This document shows positions 19,417 to 30,567 of a stretch of DNA of 64,000 bases, piece by piece. The stretch lies in NCBI GenBank assembly GCA_026991575.1, contig JALXBF010000033.1:1-64000 (forward strand), read 5' to 3'. The notes beneath the pieces are model-generated. The model was not told where the DNA came from, ran no database searches, and saw only the letters and a list, made by a program, of their open reading frames with translations. The position numbers and the translations under genes are program-made. This DNA comes from Planctomycetota bacterium (GTDB lineage Bacteria; Planctomycetota; Planctomycetia; JALXBF01). Each line of letters starts with the position of its first letter. The stretch's first letter is position 1.

Positions 19417-20813
19417 CGGGGTCAACCACGGCCGCGGGTAGTTGGGGGCGGGTCCGCACGGACGACCGGGAAGCGGGGCGTTTGGAACGGAGCCCTGCTC
19501 GAATGCGCAGCCCCCGGCCTTGCGTGGCGCCATTCCCGATGGCCTGCACCACCTGGCGGTACCCCTTGTGCAACTTCTCGTCCCCAGTGGAACCGTCCAG
19601 GAGGGACACCGATGTGGGAGATCCACGCCATCAGGTTCGGACGGTGCGGGGGCCCATTTCGGCTTTCGCGCAGGCCTAGTAGGTCCGTCGTCTCGATGGG
19701 ATCCAATTCCGTCCGGGCTGTGGACACCGCCGGATGAAGCAGGCTGGGGCCGATCACGACGCACCGATGTGGTGCGTTCTCGCACAAGCTGAGTTGCACC
19801 CTACGCATGAAAGGGTACTTTGGAGTTCGTTGCTACGATCTGTTTGAGTGTTGCCATCCAGCCTTTGCGGAGCAACAGACGGCCGATCCGGGTCTCACTC
19901 TGCGGAAGGCCTGAATCAGGCCCAATAGTCTTGCGGTTACGAACCCAGCGCGTACGCGACACAGCTGAACGTAGACGCTGTCCCGCGGTGGCTTAAGACG
20001 GGGGAAACAGCCGTCTGCTGAACTGGCGGTCTTGGACTTACTCGCGCGACTCGTTCTGGATAGCTTGCCGGGGCGACCGCACCCGTGCGTGGGCCGTTGT
20101 CACCGCTCGGGCTCGCTGTGGTGTCGTTGAAGCCTGTGGTGGTTCGGCACGGACCGGCGCGCAGAGGTTGGAGGAGCTGGTCGAAGGCATAGAAAGCTGG
20201 GCTATGACAAGCCTGTTCCCCGCTTGAGGTTCTTTTTCCGTGGACAGAGCCTCTGCCCACCGCTACGTTCCGCCGGGGGGTTGCTTAAGGGGCCGGCCCG
20301 CAGGGAACTGTGGCTAGAACCGCTATGAGACGGGGCCCTCGTTTCCGACGTCTTGTCGGCGGTAAACTGCCACTTCGACCGCGCTCTCTGCGGCGCGGCC
20401 GGGTGAGTCGCGGGTGGCGCGAGGAGCAGGAGAGTCATGCCCGGTGTGCCGATAGGAACAGCGGGAGGAGATCAGAGGGACCGACAGTGGGTTTCGCGAA
20501 ACCTGCACGTCGCGGTGGTGTCCGGCTCATCGTGCTAGCCGGCCCAACCGCGGCGCAACGGGCGCTTCGGGACACCGTCCGGAAAAAGGCGGTTCCGCAA
20601 CCTGTCTAGCCAGACTCCTCCATCCAGGCAGCCTCAATCGCGGCAACTCTTCAATCAGGCTGCCGTTGAGATCACGGTGGGGCCTAACTACCAGCTACTG
20701 GGCGGCTCGTAAGGACCGACTGGATGCGGCGAATACATAGTGTGGGGTGGAGACGGAGCGTGGGCACGCTGCCATGCCCGATTCGACCGGAAAGCTACGC
20801 CGGGGGCCGAAGA

Positions 20814-21995
20814 ATGCGTAGCACAACACGCGTCGCAATATGCCTGTGGCCTCTGTTGATCGCGCAGGCTCCAATTGGTGCGGTTTATGGGCAAGAGCAT
20901 GGCGCGGGTGCGGACAGCGCAGAGCTGTCACTGGACCGTGTGCTCGACGCTCACGAGGCGACGGTGGCGGCCGTGCAGCGGGTCTGGGCGAAGGCGGAGA
21001 TGCAGGTGCCGCGGCCCGGCGGCGGCTGGAAACCGGTCCTGTGGCTAGAGTGGGCTCGCGATGGCAGCATCGAGCGGTTCCGAACGCTCCGACCCGATCC
21101 CGAAAACCCGGAGGGACGCATCGTGGAAAGTGACGAGCTATTCCGCGGCACGCAGGTCTGGCGGCGGATACGCCGCATCCCTGGTGGCGCCGGCCAGAAC
21201 GCGGGGCTGGCCAGCGCCGAAGAAGCCTACAGGTACCTCATCGAACCAGCAGCAGGAAGAAATCTCCCGCACCCCAATCTTCCTGAGGCCCTTTTGCTCC
21301 GATTGGCTGACCCTCAAGGCCGTTTCCCAGGTGTTACCCTTCGTGAGCTGGTTCGTGCGTTTGCGGAAAAGCAGGGCCGCGTCGCGCTTTCTTCTGCGGA
21401 GAAGGCAGTTTCGATCAGCCTGATACCGAAAGACGCAACTGCGGCCGGAATAAAGAAGGTAGAGATCGAGCTTGACCCGCAGGCTGGCTACCTTGTGCGC
21501 AAAGTAGTCTGGCACATGCCGGCTGCCGACGAAGGCGAGCCCGCACACGACTGGCAGTATCAGCTGGAAGTGGTCCGATTCGATGGAGATGACGCCGGGG
21601 CGTACTTGCCCGTTGAGGTGCATTCAACGAACACTGCGACGGATCCGGCCAGTCATGCCCGGCTCGTAGTCACCGAACTCGTGCTCAATGAGCCGCTTCC
21701 GAACGAAGCCCTCGATTTCAGGATTCCTGCCGGCACTGTTGTCGGTTACTTCGACACACCTGACGGTAAACCACGCATTGCCGTGTGGGGAGCGAATAAC
21801 AAGCCGGAGAGGTTCTTTTCCAAGCTTGCCGATTTCCAACGGTACCTCGAGTCACAAGAAGCAGCCAGAGCAGGTGGTGGGTCTGCGTTTGGAACGGCCG
21901 CCATTCTGGGCCTGTTGATGGCCGTTCTCCTTTGGTTGGCTTACCGCCGACGCGACAGGCAGGACAGCCGTTCGGGTTCTGCCGCCGGCACTTGA
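20814..21995 (+). CDS. Secreted hypothetical protein with LolA-like tail motif and C-terminal TM anchor (cassette A)
   Basis: Signal peptide, LDPQAGYLVRK, NEPLPNEALDFRIPAGTVV, TM followed by RRR. Confidence 0.75.
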   Translation: MRSTTRVAICLWPLLIAQAPIGAVYGQEHGAGADSAELSLDRVLDAHEATVAAVQRVWAKAEMQVPRPGGGWKPVLWLEWARDGSIERFRTLRPDPENPEGRIVESDELFRGTQVWRRIRRIPGGAGQNAGLASAEEAYRYLIEPAAGRNLPHPNLPEALLLRLADPQGRFPGVTLRELVRAFAEKQGRVALSSAEKAVSISLIPKDATAAGIKKVEIELDPQAGYLVRKVVWHMPAADEGEPAHDWQYQLEVVRFDGDDAGAYLPVEVHSTNTATDPASHARLVVTELVLNEPLPNEALDFRIPAGTVVGYFDTPDGKPRIAVWGANNKPERFFSKLADFQRYLESQEAARAGGGSAFGTAAILGLLMAVLLWLAYRRRDRQDSRSGSAAGT

Positions 21996-22179
21996 GCTTC
22001 TCGGGGGCTGATCTGAGCCAGGCGGGCTCCAGCGTCTCATACGCGGCCAGCTGAGGCAGCCGTTGCGCTCGACGGACGAGTCGCCTTGGGTCTTGGGCGG
22101 ATAGCCAGCTGTCGATGCTGTGGTTCAGGGCGAGAGCTGGGGTTAGGGACGTAGCTGAGCCCCAAGGACCTCATGACCG

Positions 22180-23316
22180 GTGGGGGCGATAGGCATGTGC
22201 CAGCCGCCGAGACAAACCTCGCTGTCAAAGTGGCTCGTCGGCATGGCTACGGCCAGAAACATACTTGTGCCGGCCACACTGATAGCGAGCGCCATGCTTG
22301 CATGGTGGGCTGCCCCAAGGGTGATTCCCGGGCTGGGTCTCTCCGTCAGACCTGCTGTGGACAGAGCCGGCCCGTGGACTGTCCAGCAGTTCAGCGACCT
22401 AGAGGTGCCCTTCGAGGTGTTTAATCGCACATGGTACAGCGTCACTCTTGTCGGAGTTGACTTGCCGTGTGGCGTGCGATCATGCTCCCTGTTCCGCGAT
22501 GGCCGCAACCCCGTCAGCACCCCCGCTCTGATACCGCCTGGCAGTCGTTTGACGGGAAACGTTCGCATTGAGAGCTCCGGGAGAACCGGCTCTGTACTAG
22601 TACCGGTCCAGTTCCGCTTCCTGGTGGGAGGTTTCGTGATATACGAACGACTGCAGATTCCTATCACGGTCTACGCTGCCTTATCGGTTAATCCGTGGCG
22701 GATCAACTTCGATTTCAGAGTCGGCAATAAGGATGTCCAACGGAGCCGAATCGTGATCGAGGCCAGATCGGAAGACCTGCTGCCTTTGTCTGTGGTAGCG
22801 AAACCGCGCTTCCTCGCTGTGGAGGCTTTCCAGAGGCCCCCTGCCGGTGCGGCGACGCATTCTGAGCTCCGACGTGCCGTGGTGGTTGTGCGCTGCGTAC
22901 GCCCAGGTCCGACCTGGGAAGGAGCCGTGTCGGGTTGTGTGGTGTTGCGCTTCAAGCATCCGCACCTGCGGTCGCTGCGCATCCCGGTAGTGTGCTTCGT
23001 ACCGCGAGCGAGAGTCGAGTATCGGCCACACGTGCTATGGATCGCTCCCCATGAGGTCGGGCAGGCGGTGACCAGACGGGTATGGTTCCGAGTGCGGCGC
23101 GGCGTGCGCATTCGCCTCCTGCAGTTGCCCAGGTGGGCAAAGGTTCGCCTCAGACAGGTAACTTCCGACGAGGTTGTCGCCACGGTTTCCTTGCGGTATC
23201 CCGGGTCCGGGCCACGTAGCAGTAAACTGACCTTTGTTGCCCAGGACGATGGTCAAGAAACGCTTCTGGAAGTTCCGATTCGGCCTGTTGCCGACACGAG
23301 CACCGACGCAAACTAG
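22180..23316 (+). CDS. DUF1573-like Ig-fold protein (cassette A)
   Basis: N-terminal TM, FEVFN..V.LPCG..C, IPPG..L.., beta-rich repeated domains. Confidence 0.6.
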   Translation: MGAIGMCQPPRQTSLSKWLVGMATARNILVPATLIASAMLAWWAAPRVIPGLGLSVRPAVDRAGPWTVQQFSDLEVPFEVFNRTWYSVTLVGVDLPCGVRSCSLFRDGRNPVSTPALIPPGSRLTGNVRIESSGRTGSVLVPVQFRFLVGGFVIYERLQIPITVYAALSVNPWRINFDFRVGNKDVQRSRIVIEARSEDLLPLSVVAKPRFLAVEAFQRPPAGAATHSELRRAVVVVRCVRPGPTWEGAVSGCVVLRFKHPHLRSLRIPVVCFVPRARVEYRPHVLWIAPHEVGQAVTRRVWFRVRRGVRIRLLQLPRWAKVRLRQVTSDEVVATVSLRYPGSGPRSSKLTFVAQDDGQETLLEVPIRPVADTSTDAN

Positions 23317-23323
23317 CCATTGC

Positions 23324-25066
23324 ATGGCGGCGCACCGACGGTGCACGCAGCGGCGCGGCCCCGTCGAGGCCTGGGTGCTCGTTTTCCTCGTCTTGTCCCA
23401 CGGCCTGCTCCTGTGGTACTCCGTCCACATCCATGGGCCCGTCTACGACGAAGAGGGCCATCTTGTCGCTGGTCTCAGGCACTGGCTGGAGGCGAACTTC
23501 GTGCCCTATCACCAGGATCCCCCCTTTGTGCGATTGCTCGCCACAGGGCCCATAGTCGCGTTCACGAGCCGGGAACACATCAGCATGCTGGTAAGCCCGG
23601 AGTCAGGGGCCAGTCTTCTCGGCAGCCCGTTCGAGGTATCACCGGGGCTGGCAAGGGGTTGGCTGCGCACGGCGCGAAAGGTGTGTACCCTTTTTTCCGT
23701 TGCCGGTCTCTTGGGCTGCTACGTGTGGGCTCGTTCCCTCGCACGCTCCCCTGTAGCGGGCTTGGTCGCAGCGGCGACCTGGGCGTACAGCCCGCTTGTG
23801 CTGGCCAACGGGTCGCTGTTCCTGGAGGACGTGCCGTGCGCAGCGCTCAGCCTTTGGGCTGCGATTGCTTTCGATCGATGGTACCGGCAGCGTACCGTGG
23901 GGGCGGCCGCAGCGGCCGGATTGCTCGTTGGGCTGGCCCTTGCCACGAAGTTCACCGCAGTCTTGGTCTTGGCCGCGTTGCTTCTTGCCTGGCTTGCCCT
24001 GCTGGTCCTGGACCGGCGCCGGCCACGCCTCCAGGACACGATCGATCTGGCCCTCCTGTTGACCATTGCGCTGTTCACGGTCAACGCTATGTATGCCTTC
24101 AAGGATAGCTTCGTGCGTCTGGACCGGTTTCGATTTACCAGCCGCCTTCTGGCCGGGCAGAGACCGCAAGACCAGCAGGGTGGCAATCGCTTCGCCAGTT
24201 CGTGGCTTGGACGTCTGCCTGTGCCGGTCCCTGCGCAGTATCTCATCGGGATGGATTTCCAGAGGAGGGAGTTCGAGCGGAAATACTGGTCCTACCTGCG
24301 TGGCGAGTGGAGGCTTGGCGGCTGGTGGTACTTTTACCTGTACGCCTTGAGTGTCAAGGAACCCATCGGTACCCTCGGGCTGCTCATCCTGGGGGGGCTG
24401 GCCGGGCTCCGACAGCTTACCGCGAACTACAGACTCAGCTGGGTGATTCTCCCGGCGGTCGTTGTGTTGGCGATCGTCAGTGCGCACACGGGCATCAACC
24501 GCCACGTTCGCTATGTCCTCCCGGCTATTCCCTTTCTGATCGTCTTGGCGAGCGTTGGCCTGGCACAGCGCGCTACCACCCAGTGGCTGGCAGCTGCCCT
24601 GTGTAGTCTTTCCGCTGCCGCGACGCTCTACGTTGCCCCTCACTTCCACGCCCATTTCAACCTGCTTGCAGGAGGCCCATCCAATGGGCCCCGGCACCTG
24701 CTCTTCAGTGCGATCGACTACGGTGAGGACCTGCTCGTACTGGCCCGTTGGCTGAGGCGGCATCCAGCGATTGTCCTTGATGGCGTCACCTGCGAACCGA
24801 ACGTGACGCGGCCGTCATGGCACGGGCTGCCTGACCGGAGTCCGCCAGCTGTCGTCGAACGACTCCGTCCAGGCTGGTACGCGGTCACGGTGATGACGCT
24901 GTACTACCGAGACCCCAGGTGGAAGTACTTCAGGATGCTCAAACCTTATCGCCAGTTTGGGTGGACGGTGTACCTGTACCGGGTGACTACCCAGGACATT
25001 CGGCGGCTACGCGCCGTCGCCGGATCGAACGGCTCCCGACCGTTCCCTGGCGATAGCGTGCCATAG
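23324..25066 (+). CDS. GT39/ArnT-like (GT-C) glycosyltransferase (cassette A)
   Basis: YDEEGHL, PPFVRL, LATKFT, GNRF..LPVP, SYLRGEW..GWWYFY, RYVLP; many TMs. Confidence 0.85.
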   Translation: MAAHRRCTQRRGPVEAWVLVFLVLSHGLLLWYSVHIHGPVYDEEGHLVAGLRHWLEANFVPYHQDPPFVRLLATGPIVAFTSREHISMLVSPESGASLLGSPFEVSPGLARGWLRTARKVCTLFSVAGLLGCYVWARSLARSPVAGLVAAATWAYSPLVLANGSLFLEDVPCAALSLWAAIAFDRWYRQRTVGAAAAAGLLVGLALATKFTAVLVLAALLLAWLALLVLDRRRPRLQDTIDLALLLTIALFTVNAMYAFKDSFVRLDRFRFTSRLLAGQRPQDQQGGNRFASSWLGRLPVPVPAQYLIGMDFQRREFERKYWSYLRGEWRLGGWWYFYLYALSVKEPIGTLGLLILGGLAGLRQLTANYRLSWVILPAVVVLAIVSAHTGINRHVRYVLPAIPFLIVLASVGLAQRATTQWLAAALCSLSAAATLYVAPHFHAHFNLLAGGPSNGPRHLLFSAIDYGEDLLVLARWLRRHPAIVLDGVTCEPNVTRPSWHGLPDRSPPAVVERLRPGWYAVTVMTLYYRDPRWKYFRMLKPYRQFGWTVYLYRVTTQDIRRLRAVAGSNGSRPFPGDSVP

Positions 25067-25341
25067 ATGCCCGTGTAGCGCTGCTCTCCCGTCCGACGCG
25101 GCTGACGGCCTTCCCGGGCTGAAAAAGCTAACGCTCGAGAACCTCCGCTCTCTCGCGGTCGCTGCTTTCTTTGCCTACCGCTGATGCCGCCCGCATCTGT
25201 TATCGTTTCCTCCAAGTATGCCAGCTGCCACACCATCGGTGTTGCGTCCGCACATTGCCTGCGTGATTCGTCACGGTTTTCTACTGCGGGCGCGCGGATC
25301 GTTGCATACGATGCTCAGGGATGTTCGGAAGGAGTGAGCCG

Positions 25342-26208
25342 ATGAAGCGTTCATTGCAAGATGCCAGGGTGCTGCTCACCGGTGCGACCGGCGGTCTGGG
25401 GACGGCACTGGCCCACGCACTTAGCCGTCGCGGCGCCCGGCTGCTGTTGACAGGCCGTAACCAGGATGCCCTCAGCCAACTGGCGGCTCAGCTTCAAGGA
25501 CGCACCGAGACCCATGTGCTCCGCGCCGACCTCACCAACCCGGAAGACCGAAACGCTCTGATCCAATCCGCCGCCGACCGCTTCGGCGCACTGGACGTGC
25601 TCATCAACAACGCCGGCCTCGGTGCACGCGGCCTGTTCGAAAACTCAGACCCGGAGGTGCTTCGCAAGCTGATGGAGGTCAACTTCTTTGCCCCCGCGGA
25701 ACTGATCCGTACAGCGCTGCCGCTCTTGGCCCGCGGCCGCCAACCGATCGTCGTTAACATCGGCTCGGCCAGCGGCCGTAGAGGGTTCCCCGTGCGGGCT
25801 GAGTACGCCGCAAGCAAGTTCGCCCTGGCCGGGCTGTCTGAGGTCCTGGCCGCGGAACTGTCCATCCATAACATCGACGTCCTGCTTGTTTCCCCCGGCC
25901 ATATCGCGACCGAATTCTTCCGCCACTTCGTGGCCAACACCACCCAGGCCGGGCGCACCGGTCAGATGCACGCCCGGGGCGTTCCGCCGGACGTGGCCGC
26001 TGAGAAGATCGTGCGCGCGATCGAACGGGGCAAACGAGAACTGATCTTTCCGTTCAAGATCTGGCTGACGCTCCTGGTCAACCGGCTCTTCCCGTGGATC
26101 CTGGACTACTTCGCGGCCAGGCATTGCCGTAAGCACTACACCGCCGAATCACGCTTGCGCCAGGAGCCCGGTTCGCCTCAGCCGATCTCCGATTCCGGCG
26201 GCCCGTAA
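25342..26208 (+). CDS. Short-chain dehydrogenase/reductase
   Basis: TGATGGLG, NNAG, YAASK. Confidence 0.92.
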   Translation: MKRSLQDARVLLTGATGGLGTALAHALSRRGARLLLTGRNQDALSQLAAQLQGRTETHVLRADLTNPEDRNALIQSAADRFGALDVLINNAGLGARGLFENSDPEVLRKLMEVNFFAPAELIRTALPLLARGRQPIVVNIGSASGRRGFPVRAEYAASKFALAGLSEVLAAELSIHNIDVLLVSPGHIATEFFRHFVANTTQAGRTGQMHARGVPPDVAAEKIVRAIERGKRELIFPFKIWLTLLVNRLFPWILDYFAARHCRKHYTAESRLRQEPGSPQPISDSGGP

Positions 26209-29200
26209 CCGCCTCCCCCTGGCGTCTCAATCCGAAGAATGTCGCCTGCCGACACGCGAACGTGTGCCTGCGGACCAAGCTCCTGCCATTGCGGTTCCGT
26301 GGAGCGGTCGGACGAGCGGTGCCAGAGGAGGTTCTTGCCTGATGCCCCGGGTCGGCCGCCCGCCAGACCGTAGGGCCTGGTGGTGCGGCGCGAAGTGAGC
26401 AGGGACACTTCCAGCGGGACAAGGAACTCGATCTCCCGAACCACACCATCGCCGCCCCGCTGGCGGCCAGCTCCGCCGGACCCCCTCCGCACGGCGAACC
26501 GGCGAAGCCGCACCGGAAACCGCATCTCAAGGATCTCCACGTCAGTGATTCGGGTGTTGGTCATGTGCGTGTGTACCGCGTCCGCTCCGGGGAAGTCCGG
26601 ACCGGCTCCGGCGCCGCCGGCAATCGTTTCGTAGTAAGAAATCGGTTCCGTGGCGTCGGGCGGGGTGCCAAAGAGAAAGTTGTTCATCGTCCCCTGGCTA
26701 GCGGCTACCACACCCAGGGCACCAAGGATGACGTCGACGACGCGCTGAGACGTCTCCACGTTGCCGCCCACGACGGCGGGCAGCTGCGAAGGATCTTCCT
26801 CATAGGAAGGGTTCAGGATCGTGCCTGACGGGATGATCAGGTCGATGGGTTCGAGCACGCCGGCGTTCAGCGGGATCGGTTCGTCGATCAAGCACCGCAG
26901 ACAGTACAGCACGGCGCTGGTGACGATGGCCCGGTTGGCGTTCAGATTGCCCGGATGCACCGGCCCCGTACCGCTGAAGTCGATCCGCGCACGCGGCTGG
27001 TCCCGGTCGTCACGGGAGACGACCACTTTCACGGCAATTGGCGTCCCATCGTCCATCTGGTCACGGAAACGGTACTCGCCCGGCGGGAACCGCTTCAGGG
27101 CCAACCGCATGGACCGGGCCGCAGCATCCTGGATGTGCCTCATGTAGGCGTGCACGCCGGCCAATCCGTAGCGGCGAACGAGTTCGCGGAGCAGGTTGGC
27201 GGCCATCTGATTGGCTGCCACCTGGGCTTTGATGTCCGCGATGTTGTCGTCCGGTCGGCGGCTGGGATAAGGGCCGGCCAGAAGCAGTTCCCGCAGCTTC
27301 TGCTCGTCGACCCGACCACCGCGGACGAAGCGGAACCAGCGGATCAACACGCCTTCTTCCACCAGCCGCCGCGAGAAGGGGGGCATGGAGCCCGGGGTTG
27401 CGCCGCCGATTTCCGCATGGTGAGCCCGGCTGGCTGCGAAGAATGCCAGGCGGGCGTGGCCGTGTTCGTCCGCTTCGAAGATCGGAGTGATCACGGTGAC
27501 GTCCGGGAGGTGGCTGCCGCCCCGAAACGGGTCGTTGGTCACGTAGACATCGCCGGGCTCGATTTCGCGCACGTCCTCCAGCAAGCACTTCACACACTCA
27601 CTCATGGCCCCCAGATGCACCGGGATGTGCGGCGCGTTGGCCACCAGATCACCTTCCGGTGTAAAGATCGCGCAGGAAAAGTCCAACCGCTCCTTGACGT
27701 TCGTCGAAAGGGCCGTCTTCTGCAGTGTTGCCCCCGCCTGTTCGGCGATCGACATGAAGTGATTGCGGAACAGCTCCAGCCGCACCGGGTCGGGCCGCTC
27801 GTACTCCTCGGGCGCCAGTTGATCGTGACCTGTCATCCCGGATCGGTCGCGGAGCACGATATCATCTGTTTCCGTCAGCTCAGCGGTCCAACCGGGCTCA
27901 ATCACGACTGTCGACGTGGGTTCGACCACGATGGCCGGGCCGTCCAGGCAGTGGCCGGGACGGAGGGATTGACGCAGGTAGACAGGCGTCTCGTGCCAGC
28001 GGCCTTCGAAGTAGCTTCGCACCGTGCGAGCTGGCTGCGGTGGCCCGCTGGCCGGGTCGGGTCGGGCCAGCTCCGGTCGGGGTAGGGCCCCGCTTCGAGA
28101 AACGCGCGCGGCGTAGATCTCAATCGGCCTCCCCTCGTATTCGAAGCCGTACATCTGCCGGTGCAAGCGGCGGAATTCGCGGGCGTAGTCACCGTCAGGT
28201 GGCTCTGGTACGGTGATCGTCGTGTCCTGAGCCTGAAAGCGCAACTCCAACATGCGATGGGGCGGTTCCATCTGAGGGGGGGCGATCCCTTCGGCAGCCA
28301 GCAACTCCGTCACCTGCCGTTCCAGCCGCTGGAACGTTTCCTCCAGGCCGCTGGGGCGGACCTCCCCGTCGGCTACGAACTCCGCGTAAGGCCGAGCGAT
28401 CGTCTCCTCGGCAAACTTGGTCACGTCGGCCGTGCCGATTCCCAGCGCGCTGAGCACTCCTGCGTAAGGGCTGCACAGGACGGTCCGGATGCCGAGCGAT
28501 CGGGCAATGGCACAGGCGTGCTGCGCACCGGCACCTCCAAAGCTGACCAGCACGTAGTCACGCACGTCGTAGCCTCGCGAGATGGAAATCCGCTTGATCG
28601 CCGCGGCCATGTTCGCGTTGGCGATCTGCACGAACCCCTCGGCCAGTTGCTCCCGGCGGTAGCGGACCCCGGTGGCCGTGTGGATCTGCTCGATCAGTTC
28701 ATCCAGCCGCCGGATTACGGCATCCCGGTCCAACGGAAACGGGAAATGCTCGGGCACCAGCTTGCCCAGGAACAAGTTCACGTCGGTCACGCACAGCGGC
28801 CCCCCCTTCCCGTAGCAGGCCGGTCCCGGGTCGGCACCGGCAGAGCGCGGCCCGACCTGGGGCTTAACGCCGTCGAACCAGCAGATCGAACCGCCACCGG
28901 CGGCGACCGTTTCGATGGCCAGCATGGGGGCGACGATGCGCACCCCGGTACGCCCCGCCGGGTCGCGTAACTCCATTTCGTACCGTCGCTCGTACTGGCC
29001 GTCGAAGCGGCTGACGTCTGTGGACGTACCGCCCATGTCAAAGCCGATCACCTTTTCAAACCCGGCCCGTCGCCCCACGAACACGGCGCCGACAACGCCA
29101 CCGGCAGGACCGGACAGGATCACATCCCGCCCGCGTACTGTGTCGGCGGACGTTACCGAGCCGCTGCTGGTCATGATCTTCAGCTCGGCCTCGGGCAGCC

Positions 29201-30101
29201 CGTCGCGGATCCGCTGCACGTACTCTCGGATCACGGGGTTCAGATAGGCGTCGACGACTGTTGTGTCGCCTCGTGCCACGAACTTGGGCAGCCTGCTGAT
29301 TTCCGTTGAGCGGGAGACGAAGCGGAAGCCGATCTGGCGCGCCAACCGCTCGAGCTGCAGCTCGTGGTCCGGGTTCCGGTAGGCGTTGACCAGGCAAATC
29401 GCCAGACTCGTGATTCCTCGAGCTGCCACCTGCCTGAGCTTCGCTTCGGCGTCGGCCAGATCCAGTGGCTGGACGACTGTCCCGTCGGCTGCCACCCTTT
29501 CGTGGACCTCTACCACTTCCCGGTACAGCGGCTCAGGCTTGCGGATGTTGAGTTCGAACAGCTCCGGGCGGTTCTGGTAGGCAATGACCAGGCCGTCGGC
29601 GAATCCTTCGGTGGTGACCAGCGCCGTTGGCGCGCCGGTCCGTTCCAGCAGGGCGTTCGTACCGCGGGTTGTCCCCAGCCTCACCTCAATCGGCCCGGTC
29701 GGCCGATCCAACGGCAGGCCAAGCAGCCAGCGGACACCGAGCACGGGCGCCTCCTGGCCACAGGTTAGTTCGTACGGTGTCCCTGCTTCCGGGGGGGCGC
29801 CCAACGGGGGATCAATGACCAATGTGCCGGTTGACGGTTCGAAGCGGACCACCTGGTGTTCGGAGCTGACCGAGCCATCGCGCGCCAGCAGACGCAGGCG
29901 GAAGCCGCGGAAGAAGTCGTCTGGATCCGACTGACGCACTGGATCGCGGATCTCCCGCTCCGTCGATCCGTCGTGTACCGCCCCTCGGTAGGCGCCGGAG
30001 CTGAGCAGCTTGTGCGTCTTCAGTGTGCCGTCGGGCCAGCGGGCGATGCAGTCCGTGAACGTGCCACCCACGTCGATCCAGAATTGCACGGGCTTGCTCA
30101 C
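26178..30101 (-). CDS. 5-oxoprolinase (fused hydantoinase A/B)
   Basis: IDVGGTFTD, DMGGTSTD, GGAGAQHAC, NVKERLDFSCA, HIPVHLG, SQGTMNN, TPGGGGYG. Confidence 0.93.
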   Translation of the reverse strand: MSKPVQFWIDVGGTFTDCIARWPDGTLKTHKLLSSGAYRGAVHDGSTEREIRDPVRQSDPDDFFRGFRLRLLARDGSVSSEHQVVRFEPSTGTLVIDPPLGAPPEAGTPYELTCGQEAPVLGVRWLLGLPLDRPTGPIEVRLGTTRGTNALLERTGAPTALVTTEGFADGLVIAYQNRPELFELNIRKPEPLYREVVEVHERVAADGTVVQPLDLADAEAKLRQVAARGITSLAICLVNAYRNPDHELQLERLARQIGFRFVSRSTEISRLPKFVARGDTTVVDAYLNPVIREYVQRIRDGLPEAELKIMTSSGSVTSADTVRGRDVILSGPAGGVVGAVFVGRRAGFEKVIGFDMGGTSTDVSRFDGQYERRYEMELRDPAGRTGVRIVAPMLAIETVAAGGGSICWFDGVKPQVGPRSAGADPGPACYGKGGPLCVTDVNLFLGKLVPEHFPFPLDRDAVIRRLDELIEQIHTATGVRYRREQLAEGFVQIANANMAAAIKRISISRGYDVRDYVLVSFGGAGAQHACAIARSLGIRTVLCSPYAGVLSALGIGTADVTKFAEETIARPYAEFVADGEVRPSGLEETFQRLERQVTELLAAEGIAPPQMEPPHRMLELRFQAQDTTITVPEPPDGDYAREFRRLHRQMYGFEYEGRPIEIYAARVSRSGALPRPELARPDPASGPPQPARTVRSYFEGRWHETPVYLRQSLRPGHCLDGPAIVVEPTSTVVIEPGWTAELTETDDIVLRDRSGMTGHDQLAPEEYERPDPVRLELFRNHFMSIAEQAGATLQKTALSTNVKERLDFSCAIFTPEGDLVANAPHIPVHLGAMSECVKCLLEDVREIEPGDVYVTNDPFRGGSHLPDVTVITPIFEADEHGHARLAFFAASRAHHAEIGGATPGSMPPFSRRLVEEGVLIRWFRFVRGGRVDEQKLRELLLAGPYPSRRPDDNIADIKAQVAANQMAANLLRELVRRYGLAGVHAYMRHIQDAAARSMRLALKRFPPGEYRFRDQMDDGTPIAVKVVVSRDDRDQPRARIDFSGTGPVHPGNLNANRAIVTSAVLYCLRCLIDEPIPLNAGVLEPIDLIIPSGTILNPSYEEDPSQLPAVVGGNVETSQRVVDVILGALGVVAASQGTMNNFLFGTPPDATEPISYYETIAGGAGAGPDFPGADAVHTHMTNTRITDVEILEMRFPVRLRRFAVRRGSGGAGRQRGGDGVVREIEFLVPLEVSLLTSRRTTRPYGLAGGRPGASGKNLLWHRSSDRSTEPQWQELGPQAHVRVSAGDILRIETPGGGGYGPPESEIG

Positions 30102-30567
30102 CGTCGGACCTCCGAAGCGCCAGGCCGCAGACCACTATTCTAGCGCCGACCGATCCCGGCCCCCGTCCTCGAGCCCCTCAACCGGGGTCGAGCCCGACTC
30201 GGCTATCCCGCGACGCCACTGCAAGGCATCGTCTCGATTGGCCCCAATCTGGTTTGGCCGATCGCCCGCAATTAGCCCGCATCCGGGCTTGCCTGGACCA
30301 AAGCGCAGTCGCGGCTGGCTGCGCACTGCCGAGACCGGGGGGAGCGTTTCCGCTATTCGAGCACGCCGGGGGAGCTGGCTCGCTGGCAGGTGATTCGGCT
30401 GGAGGGTCCCTGCCAGCACACCGCGCCCGCCAACGGTGCGGTCCGTGCCGAGGCGGTGAGCCACAGCCTGGGATCCGCTCTGCCACCTGCTCCAACTGCC
30501 GAATGGGGATGCGATGGCACCCGTATCATCGAACGTAACCCGGCTCCAGCGGGAATCGCGGAAGCAG

